This document shows positions 25,781 through 37,994 of a stretch of DNA of 64,000 nucleotides, piece after piece. Source of the DNA: Prorocentrum cordatum (lineage: Eukaryota); the NCBI GenBank assembly GCA_963575745.1, contig CAUYUJ010000068.1, positions 1 to 64,000 of the forward strand, read 5' to 3'. How positions within the stretch are numbered: the first letter of the stretch is position 1; every line of letters starts with the position of its first letter. The notes beneath the pieces were generated by a model. The model was not told the DNA's origin, did no database searches, and saw nothing but the letters and a program-made list of their open reading frames with translations. The translations under genes were made by a program, and so were the position numbers.

Positions 25781-28700
25781 CAGGCGCAAAGGGGGCCTGG
25801 TGGTTTTTGTGCGTGTTGTTTTTAATAAGAAAACCTATGCGAGTCTCTCTCTACGACTCCTTCTCTCTCTCTCTCTCTCATTATTTTCTCTATGTGTTTC
25901 CGTTTCTCTCTCTCTCTCTCTCTCCCTGTCTCTCTACATGTTTCCATTGTCCTGCGTCAAACCTGCGCCGATCCTTCTCCCACCTAGCCGAGAGCATTTG
26001 AAACCTTCACAACAGGAACCCTTTGGAAAGCACCACAAAGGGATTCCATGTGAAAGCCTCTCAACAGGAACCCTTTGAAAGGCACCACAAAGGAGTTCCA
26101 TTGGAAAGCCTCTCAACAGGTCTTCATTTGGGAAGCGCTACAAAAGGATTCCATTTGAAAGCATCTCAACAGGATTCCTTTGGAAAGCACCACAGAGGGA
26201 TTCTATTGGAACGCCTCACAATCGGAATCTGTTGGAAAGCGCCACAGAAGGATTCTATTGGAAAGCCTCTCAGCAGGATTCGTTTGGAAAGCCCCACAAT
26301 GGTACCATTGGAAAGCCTCTCAACAGGATTCCTTTGGCAAGCCCCACAGAGGTACTCTATGGGAAAGCCTCACAATCGGATTACATTGGAAAGCTTCACA
26401 ATCTGATTCCTTTGGGAAGCACCCCGAAGGGAGTCTGTTGGAAGGCCTCACAACAGGAACCCTTTGGAAAGCACCCCAAAGGGATTCTAGTGGAAAGCCT
26501 GACAGCAAGAACCCTTCGGAAAATGCTACAAAGGGTTTCAATTGGAAAGCGTCACAAAGGAAATCCTTTGGAAAACTACACAAAAGGGATTCCATGGGAA
26601 AGCCTCACAATTGGAATCTTTTGAAAAGCGCAACAAAGGGATTCCATTTGAAAGCCTCACATCAGGAACCCTTTGAAAAGCACCACAAAGGAGTTCCATT
26701 GGACAGCCTCTCAACAGGATTCCTTTGGAAAGCACAACAGAGGGATTCTATGGGAAAGCCTCACATTCGGAATCCTACAGAAATCGCAACACAGCGATTC
26801 TACTGGAACGCCTCACAATCGGAATCCTTTGGAAAGCACAACAAAGGAGTTCCATTGGAAAGCCTCCCAACATGGTTTCTTTGGAAAGCGCAACAGAGGG
26901 ATTCTATTGGAAAGCCGCAATCCAAACTGCTACCGTTGGGAGGATGGCGCTGGAACACAAATCCTCACAACAGGAACCCTTTGGAAACCATCACAACAGG
27001 AACCCTTTGGAAATCCTCACAACAGGAACCCTTTGGAAATCATCACAAAGGGATTCCATTGGAAAGCCTCCCAACAGGATTCCATTGGAAAGCACAACAG
27101 AGGGATCCAATTGGAAAGCCTCACAACAGGATTCCTTTGGAAAGCACCCCAAAGGGATTCTCATGGAAGGCCTCTCAACAGGATTCCGTGGGAATGCATC
27201 ACAGAGGGAGGGTTCAGCGCCGCAGGTACGAACCCCTCCCGCGACCTCCTCCCTGCGACTCCTCTCCATCCTCTTCCTCCTCCCCCTCCTCCCCCATCCC
27301 CCCCTTCTGAAGGAATGCAACAACTTTGGGAAAACCATTGGAAAACAAAAAAAAACAAAGAAACCTAAGTGCTGGAAACGAAAACTTTAGGAAACCCATT
27401 GGAAAAACCAAAAAAAAACAAAAAAACCAAAGATTCCACAGAGAGTGCGGGGATTCCCTTTGGACGTGTCCCTTCGGACGGGTGTTCCCCGCACTCTCTG
27501 TGGAATTTTTTTTTTTTTTGTTTTTTTTTTTTGGTTTTTCCAATGGGTTTCCTAAAGTTTTCGTTTCCAGCACTTAGGTTTCTTTGGTTTTTTTGGTTTT
27601 TCCAATGGTTTTCCCAAAGTTGTTGCATTCCTTCAGAAGGGGGGGATGGGGGAGGAGGGGGAGGAGGAAGAGGATGGAGAGGAGTCGCAGGGAGGAGGTC
27701 GCGGGAGGGGTTCGTACCTGCGGCGCTGAACCCTCCCTCTGTGATGCATTCCCACGGAATCCTGTTGAGAGGCCTTCCATGAGAATCCCTTTGGGGTGCT
27801 TTCCAAAGGAATCCTGTTGTGAGGCTTTCCAATTGGATCCCTCTGTTGTGCTTTCCAATGGAATCCTGTTGGGAGGCTTTCCAATGGAATCCCTTTGTGA
27901 TGATTTCCAAAGGGTTCCTGTTGTGAGGATTTCCAAAGGGTTCCTGTTGTGATGGTTTCCAAAGGGTTCCTGTTGTGAGGATTTGTGTTCCAGCGCCATC
28001 CTCCCAACGGTAGCAGTTTGGATTGCGGCTTTCCAATAGAATCCCTCTGTTGCGCTTTCCAAAGAAACCATGTTGGGAGGCTTTCCAATGGAACTCCTTT
28101 GTTGTGCTTTCCAAAGGATTCCGATTGTGAGGCGTTCCAGTAGAATCGCTGTGTTGCGATTTCTGTAGGATTCCGAATGTGAGGCTTTCCCATAGAATCC
28201 CTCTGTTGTGCTTTCCAAAGGAATCCTGTTGAGAGGCTGTCCAATGGAACTCCTTTGTGGTGCTTTTCAAAGGGTTCCTGATGTGAGGCTTTCAAATGGA
28301 ATCCCTTTGTTGCGCTTTTCAAAAGATTCCAATTGTGAGGCTTTCCCATGGAATCCCTTTTGTGTAGTTTTCCAAAGGATTTCCTTTGTGACGCTTTCCA
28401 ATTGAAACCCTTTGTAGCATTTTCCGAAGGGTTCTTGCTGTCAGGCTTTCCACTAGAATCCCTTTGGGGTGCTTTCCAAAGGGTTCCTGTTGTGAGGCCT
28501 TCCAACAGACTCCCTTCGGGGTGCTTCCCAAAGGAATCAGATTGTGAAGCTTTCCAATGTAATCCGATTGTGAGGCTTTCCCATAGAGTACCTCTGTGGG
28601 GCTTGCCAAAGGAATCCTGTTGAGAGGCTTTCCAATGGTACCATTGTGGGGCTTTCCAAACGAATCCTGCTGAGAGGCTTTCCAATAGAATCCTTCTGTG

Positions 28701-29162
28701 GCGCTTTCCAACAGATTCCGATTGTGAGGCGTTCCAATAGAATCCCTCTGTGGTGCTTTCCAAAGGAATCCTGTTGAGATGCTTTCAAATGGAATCCTTT
28801 TGTAGCGCTTCCCAAATGAAGACCTGTTGAGAGGCTTTCCAATGGAACTCCTTTGTGGTGCCTTTCAAAGGGTTCCTGTTGAGAGGCTTTCACATGGAAT
28901 CCCTTTGTGGTGCTTTCCAAAGGGTTCCTGTTGTGAAGGTTTCAAATGCTCTCGGCTAGGTGGGAGAAGGATCGGCGCAGGTTTGACGCAGGACAATGGA
29001 AACATGTAGAGAGACAGGGAGAGAGAGAGAGAGAGAGAGAAACGGAAACACATAGAGAAAAATAATGAGAGAGAGAGAGAGAGGAGTCGTAGAGAGAGAC
29101 TCGCATAGGTTTTCTTATTAAAAACAACACGCACAAAAACCACCAGGCCCCCTTTGCGCCTG
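25781..29162. mobile_element. Foldback-like giant palindrome: two ~1.67-kb inverted arms with a 32-bp spacer
   Basis: Arms are 25781-27453 and 27486-29162. Identical mirrored ORFs appear in the track (for example 26180..27310+ and 27633..28763-). Each arm holds ~1.2 kb of ~26-bp subrepeats. Confidence 0.9.
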
Positions 29163-32100
29163 GAGCCGAAGAAAGACGCCTACAGGCCATTCACGCCAAG
29201 GTGCTGTACCAACCCGAGGTTACTGATAGTGCGCATAACGGCGCCAGGACTTTGGAGGACAGTTGCGGTAGAACACGATACACACGTCCACTCGGGTGAA
29301 ACTAAGACCGACACCTTCTGGACCGAGCTGAGCAATGTGACGCACAAATTCTACATCGGCCTCCTATTGATGTGCAGTGGTATCAGACTCCATCGCCGAC
29401 TACGGACAGAGGCTACAGGAGAACGGCGAGGACAAACGATTCCACGAGTACCTGGAGACACACAGCCTCACAGCCGTCAACACTGCAATCGAATGCGGCG
29501 GCCCCACTTACACATACAAGAACGGGGCCTGGAGAGAGCGCGTCGACTACGTCGTCATACCCACGAGCAACATGGACACGGTCCAAGAGGCGGCCAACAT
29601 CGACGCGATCGACACGGTCCAGGACGACGAAGACCACCTCCCTGTGATATACCAGAGGTACGTATTAACTTCCCATGCAGAGAGGTCAGCACCGAGGCTT
29701 GACTCCCAATGAATTTGCAAACCCAGACGACCAAGCTACATTCCGACAGGATCTAGACAAGATCGAATTCCACGAGTGGGAGGTGGATATCAGTGAGTAC
29801 GCCTACCAGCTCAGCAAGAACATGATGCAGGCCGCGGAGATAACATACAAACAGAAGGCAATACGCATACGCAAGCCCTACATCGCTGACAACACGTTCG
29901 CACTACTTCGGGTGCGGCGCGCATGGCAACGATCCCATCGGAACACGAAGTGAAACACACGCTACGGAGACCATAATTGCCACAACGAAACTGACATACC
30001 AACTAACGTAGGCGGCGATGCCCATGACACCGGCAACGCAGGCCATGAACGACTCGAGCACGCTGCTGAACTGAGTCAACACTGGTTTACCAGTGGTACA
30101 CCACCACGCAACACATGATGACTGCACTTAGCCATCTCGGCATTCCTACGCGAGTCCAAGGGCCAAGTGGTGAACAGGTTCTCAACACCTACGCGGACAC
30201 AACTACGGGGGCCACCGAGGACCTCGACGCCGCAGTGCAATAGAAGGGGGCTAACCAACTACTACGGTTCGGAGGAAGTCCACCGAGGATGATCACCGAG
30301 CACAGGTATACCGACGCCGATGGAGAACCAATCACCAACAAAGAGGCCCAAGCAGAGGCAATGTTGGACCGCTGCGCCATCACGGACCATCCCATCGTAC
30401 GACAACCTGATGAACGACTACAACAAGAATGCGGAGGAGGCGATGCGAGACCAGCCGCAACGGGAAACCCACCATCGGCAACATGATTCGCAAGAGCGAG
30501 CTCCAGGATGACTCCCAGTCCGCCAAGTCGAACAGACAAGGCGGACCCGACCTCATCACCGACGACATGTGCCGCACAGCCTGCAACCGGATGGCCAGGC
30601 TCTACCACCCTGTGCTGGTAAAAACGTCACTGACACCGGTCGAACCATCATCACACAAAGGAGGTTGGCAGGATGCATTCGCAAAGACGGCCATGCCACC
30701 ACAGGCAAGCATCTCGGCGAGAGGTGCATGATCCTACTCAACGGCGTGATCGCAAAGCATCGCCACAGGTCCATCAGGACCAAACTCAAGGAAGTCGCAG
30801 CTACGCTACTTCGAGACTCACAATGCGGAGCACGACCACATCGGAGCACCGATTTCGTCACGCATGCCACGTTGACCTGCACCAACATGCTCAAGACACA
30901 GGGGAGCAACGGAGCCCTCCTGTTCCTGGACTTGAAGGGCGCCTTCTACACCGTCGTCCTCGAGCTCATCCCAAATGACGAACACGACTCCAAAGACCTC
31001 TTCGACACACTGGACATACCCGAGGCCATGCCACTCATGCTCGCTGACGCCGTGCAAGGAACACCGTACATAGACAACAGCATCGGCGACGAACACTTGG
31101 CAATCTTACTATGGGATGCGCATGTGGACCTTTGGGCCACTACGATGGGATCCAAGAGAATCGCACCACCAAGAACTGGAACAAGACCAGGAACACTGAT
31201 GTCCGACTTCTCCGTTACCATAGCCTTCGCAAGGATCACCAAGGCGATCGCGGATGACATGATCGAGAACGGGATGCACTACGATATACCCCAACACAAC
31301 GACCACCAACCAATTCTTGCACAAGGAAGACTGTACCTGAGTGGGCAAGACGGAGGAGCCGCACTTACCGATGCCTCCTTCATTGACAACATGACGGCGT
31401 ACGCTGCCACATCCTCAGATGACCTGATCGACACTGCAACGACCTCACTTCAGATAGTCGAGTCCGTGGTTCGCGCCCACAGCATGCTACGCTAAGAAGA
31501 CGAAGACCGTGCTCCTGCTATCCTGGCTTAAATCGAGGAAAACCAAGGAACACCAAGCGAATGAAGGCACCACCATCAAGAGCGCCTACTTGGAGCAGAC
31601 CGTGAAGCTAATCAACACTCAGACCGCGCTCGGAACGGTCATCATACATCCACTGGACTAGTTGGGCCCGACATCACAAGAAGAGAAACCACAAGGCCAT
31701 GGTCAGCAGGGGCCCCTTACGCAAACAGACTCTCAAGATGCCGAATTTACCGACCTACAGGAAGGTCCTGCGCGCCAGGGGCGGGTTCCCAGTGCGGATC
31801 CGAAAAGTCCGCGCGGAGCGCCAATAGTTTATGTTTATGCGCCTTTTTCTTCTTCGATCAGTGGTGCACTCGATCCTCTCGTTCAACGACTGCGCTTGGA
31901 CCAATGTAACCGACGGCGACGCAGACAAATCCGCAGTGGAATGCGTGAAAAGGATACAAACAGGCCACCAAGCACCAAGCCAACCACGACCAAAACGAAT
32001 CTTCGTCCGGCCTTCAAGTCCTCAGCGACGCCAGCCGACCGACTACCTCCTGACATCTCGAGGAGTCCTGCATGGGCCTACCATCATACTTGGACGTCTT

Positions 32101-32560
32101 GACGAGGGCGCAAGACACAACACGACTTGGACTAACTACGAAGAACATTCAGGACATGCAATGGCTGTGCGACCACCTCAGCAGGAGGGCAAACCGACGT
32201 CCAACATAGACCTAGGCGAAGTGGTACGAGCGATCCGTGGGGAACCTCACCACTTTCGCGCAACAGTCAAGAAGGCAATCAGCAGATGCTTCCGACGGCA
32301 GCAGGATCGAACACACCAAGAGCGTTGGTACCTCGATCTCGAACCATACCAGAACACGGAGGAGATGCTGGTCTTACCGACCATGCCACCACCACTGCTG
32401 AAACCCAAACTCGTGTAGCACCAGTGCAACCCCATGGTCCTCAATATGGACGCATACTACGCCCACCTAGGCAAATGCCACAACTATAGAACACACCCAA
32501 CGAGATGGGCACAGGGAACACGTTGCAGAACATGAATCTCGGAGTATCACGCATACCATT
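29163..32560 (+). mobile_element. Decayed LINE ORF2 (APE C-terminal half plus reverse transcriptase), with many stops and frameshifts
   Basis: APE motifs PRLLIVRI, RVDYV and DHLPV; RT motifs QCGARPHRSTD, LFLDLKGAFYTV, GTRPG..SD and SFIDN (degenerate YxDD). Confidence 0.85.
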
Positions 32561-35094
32561 GTCTCTTGAATCCCCACCCCCATCCGCATATTGAAACGAT
32601 GCCTCCCCCACTTCTCGGCTTCTCAGCCCCCTCTCACTGGATGCCTCCCAGATGGGGTACGAGTATACGGGGTCTGAGGATCGCGCCGCCTGGCCAATGC
32701 ACCGGAAATGCATCGGCGCAGTTGGCGTGGAGGCAATCCGAATCCGCATCGATAGAGGAAGAAACAACTTCGCAAACATAACCTTTCGGCTGTCCGCGCA
32801 CATTTCTTGGATCTGCGCTGGACCCCCTCCCTGGCGCGCGGAGCGCGCCGGGGGCGGGGCCGGAGGCGTCACCAGGGGGGACCAGCGCAGAGCCAAGAAA
32901 TCCGCGCGGACCGTCGAAAGGTCATGCTTGTGCTGCTTTTGCTTCTTCAAATCGAGCCGCATCGCCGTTGCATCGGCGATGCGGCGCGGTCCTCCGACCC
33001 CGCCTTCGGTGGCAAATCGTGGGAGCCTCCCATACCATCTCGTCGGCTCTTGCGAATCGACGCTAATCGACGCCGGTCGACGCTAATTGATGCTGAATCA
33101 GCGCTAATCGACGTTAAATCGACGCTATCTCATCTACTCCCAGACGCTGCTCGACGCTAGTCGACGCTGAAGACGAGGGTATACCAGGCTCCCTTGATTT
33201 GCGACCGAGTAGATCCAAGATGCGAAGAGGACCACTTTGACGAAACTTATGCTTCTAAGTGTGAATATCGCACTGCTGAGCAGCCTAATACACAATCTAG
33301 CCGGCACACAGTAAATGAAAACTAGTGTAAGACACCAGCATAGCGGCGCTGCGATGAAACCTGCGTAAGGGTTCTGCCGATGAGCGCGGCACGCTTCGAC
33401 TGCTCCCTCTTACAAACCCGCTTCGCTTCGATTTGAGCAGGGACCGACCGTCCCGGCATTCCGATAGGCCTACCACGAAATGTTCTTAGAACCCAGACAT
33501 GAAATCCCGGTGTGTGAAATCAACACGGCCTCGGCCAGAAATGTTCTGAGAGCACTTCGCGCAGACCACAAAAGGTGCTTGGAACATTCTTCGGTGGGCC
33601 TATCTCGGGAGCGGCCAAGAGGGGGGTGTCCAAGAGGGGGGGGTGCAAATCATGACCGGCGGCATGTGCGCGGCCCAGCGGGGGGGCAAGGGACGTAATG
33701 AAATAAGAAGAGGCGCCATGAGATCTGGGGAAATATCATGGCCCCCGCCATGATATCCCCCCCCCCCCTAGTCATCACCCCCCTCTTTTCCGCCCCCGAC
33801 TATCGGCGAGCCAGGACGCTTCGCCGCTACTTGACATCCGGCAGGCCCGGGCTCCCGGCAGGCCCGGCCCCCTCGGGCAAGCGCGCGGAGGTGGCCGCCG
33901 ATTACACGCCCTGCTCCCTCCCTCGGGCGCGGCGTGTGCGCTTGACGGGGAAACGGGAGCAGGAGGGGGCGGAAGAGGAGGAGGAGGAGGAGGAGGAGGA
34001 GGAGGAGGAGGAGGAGGATAATGAGGGGGAGGAGGATCATGAGGAGGAGAAGATAGGAGTCCCGGGGCTTGCTCCTCAGGGGACCACGCAGTGCGGGCTC
34101 GGGCACGTGGTGGCGGAAGAGGCGAGCGCGTCGTGGCGCCACCCGCCCTGGTCCGAAGCACCCTCGGGCTGGCTCCAAGAGGAGGCCGGCCCGGGATTGC
34201 AGCGAGGCCCAGGGACAGCCGGGCTGTGGAAGCCCTCATAGAGCCGCCTGGCCCGCCATGTCTGCGGGCGGCGTGGACCAGGAGGAGCAGAAGGAGGAAG
34301 ACGAGGAAGGGCAGGAGGAAGAGAATGAGGAGGAGGAGGAGAAGGAGGAGGAGGAAGAGGACGCGCCAGAGGAGGTGCAGAGGGAGAGTGCGCCAACGCG
34401 CACACCTCTCGGCGGCGCCATGCCGCTGGTGGTGGCGGGTGTGACTTTTCCCCAATCCTCGCATGCACGAGTAGCAGTGGTCACCGGCCCACTAGGAGAT
34501 AGCGCACATGCCGAGTTCAGCGGCTCGATCAGCAACCCCCGCTCCCCGGCACCCCCTAGCTTGGAGGCGGCCACGGGGTTGGAATTAGGCCTCGAAACAC
34601 TTGGTCAATACGTGGGGATCGGGCAAATCCGCTCAAAATCCGTCCCCGGATCCCTGCCAGGGTCCACCTGGTGTAATTTTTCAAATTCGTTTTTGACGGT
34701 CCTGGGGCCCAAAAACGACATCTGGGGACCGAAACAGGCAACAGACTTTCTCGAACCTCAAACCAGCCTGACGTGCCACCGTCAGGATACAGATTTTCCA
34801 GCCGCCAATAAGGGCAGGCGTCCCCGCCAGCGGAAAACATTGCCTTCCACAATTTGTCGTCCCCCAATTGCTGCTGGTCGGAACCAGAACTGGGCCACCT
34901 CAGACCCTCAGCCGGCTCCAACCCCCAGCCACATCCAAGCGGGGAAATGAAGGCGTCCAAGGACACACAAATAAACAAGCACAGAAATTCCAGGATCCCT
35001 CATGTTTCCCGTAAGTTTTGGAGCTTCGTCTTCCCCTCCGCCCCCCATTGTTCCCAGGCTTTCCTGGGGATCGTTTTTTTAAATTAAAAGCGAG

Positions 35095-35488
35095 CATACA
35101 ATACATACATATATCTATATAGAGGTATATGTATATGTCGATGCATGTATATGTGTATGTATATGTAAATGTATACATGTATATATGAAGGTATCGAGCT
35201 ACACATATATTTATATGTATATATATGTGTATATGTAGGTGTGTATGTCTATGTTTAGGTACATACAGCTATATGTGTGGGTATGCATGTCAGTATGTAT
35301 GTATGTATGATTGCATGCATGGATGTATGTATATATGTATGGATGCATGATTGCATGCATGCGTGCATGCATGTATGCATGTATGCATGTAGGTATGTAT
35401 GCATGTATGTATGTATGTACACATGTATGTACGTATGTACTACGTACGTACGCATGCATGACTGTATATATGCATGCATGCCTGTATC

Positions 35489-35522
<34 letters not shown>

Positions 35523-35720
35523 TGCATGCATGTATGTAGGTTTGTATATATGTATGTATGCACGCACGTAGATCTGTATACATGCATGTCTGTATGCACG
35601 TACATATGCATGTATGTGTGTACGTAATTATGTATGCTGTATGCTTGTGTGTATGCATGTATGTATGGACGATGCTTGTATGTGTGTGTATATATGTATA
35701 TATATATACACACGTATATA
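35095..35720. repeat. (TA)/(TATG)/(TGCA) microsatellite
   Basis: Directly visible. Confidence 0.95.
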
Positions 35721-36404
35721 AGGTGTTTCGTTCCCGCCGGAGACAAGCCGCGGCGGCGCGGGTCCGCCCAGTGCTTCCCCCGCAGCTGCACCGAGGAGTG
35801 CTGCTGCCCCAGCGCCTGCCCCAGCGCAGCGGGGCAAGGGTGCGCGCTCGGGCGGCGCGCCCGGCGCGCTGGGCCCCGCTCTCCAGCGCGTCGGAAGAGC
35901 TCGATGCTGAGGCTCCTCGTCGTTCGAGCTCGATCGAGCTCGCTCCTCCTCCTCCTCCTCCTCCTCCTCCTCCTCCTCCTCCTCCCTCCTCCCTCCTCCG
36001 TCCTCCCTCCTCCCTCCTCCCTCCTCCCTCCTCCACCCTCCTCCCTCCTCCTCCTCCTCCTCCTTCTCCTCCTCTCCTCCTCCTCCTCATTCTCCTCCTC
36101 CCCCTCCTCCCTCCTCCCTCCTCCTCCTCCTCCTCCTCCTCCTCCTCCTCCTCCTCTTCCTCCTCCCCCTCCTCCCCCTCCCCGTTCTTCTCCTCCTCCC
36201 CCTCCTCCTCCTCCTCCTCCTCCTCCTCCTCCTCCTCCTCCTCCTCCTCCTCCTCCTCCTCCTCCTAATCGGAGTCGCGGCCCCAGCTGGCGAAGCGAGT
36301 CGCATCGTGGAGGCGGCCCTGCGTGCGCCCCCTCCCCCTCCTCGCCGGGCCCAGAAGGGGCCGCCGGAAATTCAAGCAGCTCTCGGGACGCGGAGCCGGC
36401 CCCT

Positions 36405-36419
36405 GGTGGGGCCCAGAGC

Positions 36420-36463
<44 letters not shown>

Positions 36464-36735
36464 GAGATAACGCGGCGCTCGGGACGCGAGGCCGGCCCCT
36501 GCTGGGGCCCAGGGCCCGGGTCGGCACGTCCCCGAGGGGGCTGTACGGAACCAGAATTTGCAGATCGGATCTGTGGGGGAACAAGGGCTCCCAACTTCGC
36601 GCTTCGTGCTGCGCGAAGCGCGAATTGCGAATAACTTCGTGCTCTCGCGCCGCCTCCCAGGGGAGAAGAGGAGGATGAATGATCGGAGCCGAACCGCGAA
36701 GCGCGAATAATTTCGCGCCCTCGAGGGCGCCCTTG
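36405..36735 (+). repeat. Dispersed ~320-bp repeat with a close copy at ~57710-58030 and partial copies at ~47055-47200 and ~60122-60190
   Basis: (GTC)n-AGAGATAACGCGGCGCT...TTTGCAGATCGGATCTGTGGGGGAACAAGGGCTCCCAACTTCGCG...GGAGCCGAACCGCGAAGCGCGAA is shared. Confidence 0.9.
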
Positions 36736-36779
36736 GGGAAGGAGGGGGGCTCTCGCGCCGGCAGACGACGACGATGACA

Positions 36780-36816
<37 letters not shown>

Positions 36817-37994
36817 ACACCGTCGTCTTCGTCGCTTGTGCTTCCAAGCGCGAGGCAGTGAGGGGGGACGTTGCGGGGGAACCAGCTCAGGGGGGAAACA
36901 TCGGGCTTGAATCGGGGATCCATCGCCGACAGATCGTCGTCGACGGGCCCCCGACAGCGAGACCCGCACGGTCCTAGGCGGGTTGCACTGTCAGGCCCCT
37001 GTCGACAATCCGTGGGCGATTGGGGGTCGTTCTGTCCCTCCTGAGCCTATCCCCCCCGCCCCAGCCAATGTTACCCTCGAAGGGAGTTTTTTTTTTTTTT
37101 TTTTTTTTTTGTTTTTTTTTTTTTTTTTTTTTTTCTCCGGGGGGGCCGACCTCATTGTTCGCATGTCACCAAATCAGGGCTGCGCCGCAGCGTGAGACGG
37201 AGTAGCGAGAGGCGGCTGTCAACTCGCACGCGACCGTGGGCAGAGTATTCCTCCGAGCCTTGGAACAAAGAGGTACATGAAATAAGCGAAGCGGCAGGGG
37301 AAGAAGGCGATGGGGGTGGGGGAGAGGGGAGGTAGGGAGTTGTCGTCGCAAGCGCGATGCTGCCAGAGCCTGCCTGGGAAGCGGACGTGGCCCAGCCTAG
37401 ACTCGGTGGGGGCTTCCGGCCGCCCCGCAGTCTTCTTCGGGACCAGCTCTGCAGAGTGGAAGGGGAGGAAGGTGGGGAGGGAGCGGGGGGAAGGGAGGGA
37501 GGCATTCAGGGAGAGAGTAGGGGGGAGGGGGGACGCTGGTGGGGGCGCGCTTTTGCCCCGGACGGCGACACCACTCAAATCCAGCAGTGTGCACCAGCGG
37601 GGACTACAGACAGCAATATGCACGAGAGGCTCCTTGAGAAGGAACCGAGGGGGGAGGATGCGGGAGGGGCGAGGGAAAGAGACAGGAGGGAGGCGAGAAG
37701 CGGGGGGGCAGGACTAGGACTATAGGACGGTGGCCTGCCTGCGCAGAGGCAGGCCCCAGGGAGGGGACAGGAGGATGGAGGAAGAGGCGAGGAACGGAGG
37801 ACTGGTTGGGAGGAGGGACAGCGTGATGAGGAAAGGTGGAGGAGGAGCAGGAGGAGGAGGAGGAGGAGGAGGAGGAGCAGGAGGAGGAGAGGAGAAACAG
37901 GAGGAGGAGGAGGAGGAGGAGGAGGAGGAGAAGGAGGAGGAGGAGGGCACGGCCCCAGAGGACGACCGACGACGGCGGACGACTCGTCACCTCC

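Noticed and set aside
25998..28945. CRISPR array or real proteins (376-aa and 231-aa WKAS-repeat ORFs)
   Set aside because: The units are contiguous with no unique spacers, and the 26-bp period makes the same peptide appear in all frames.
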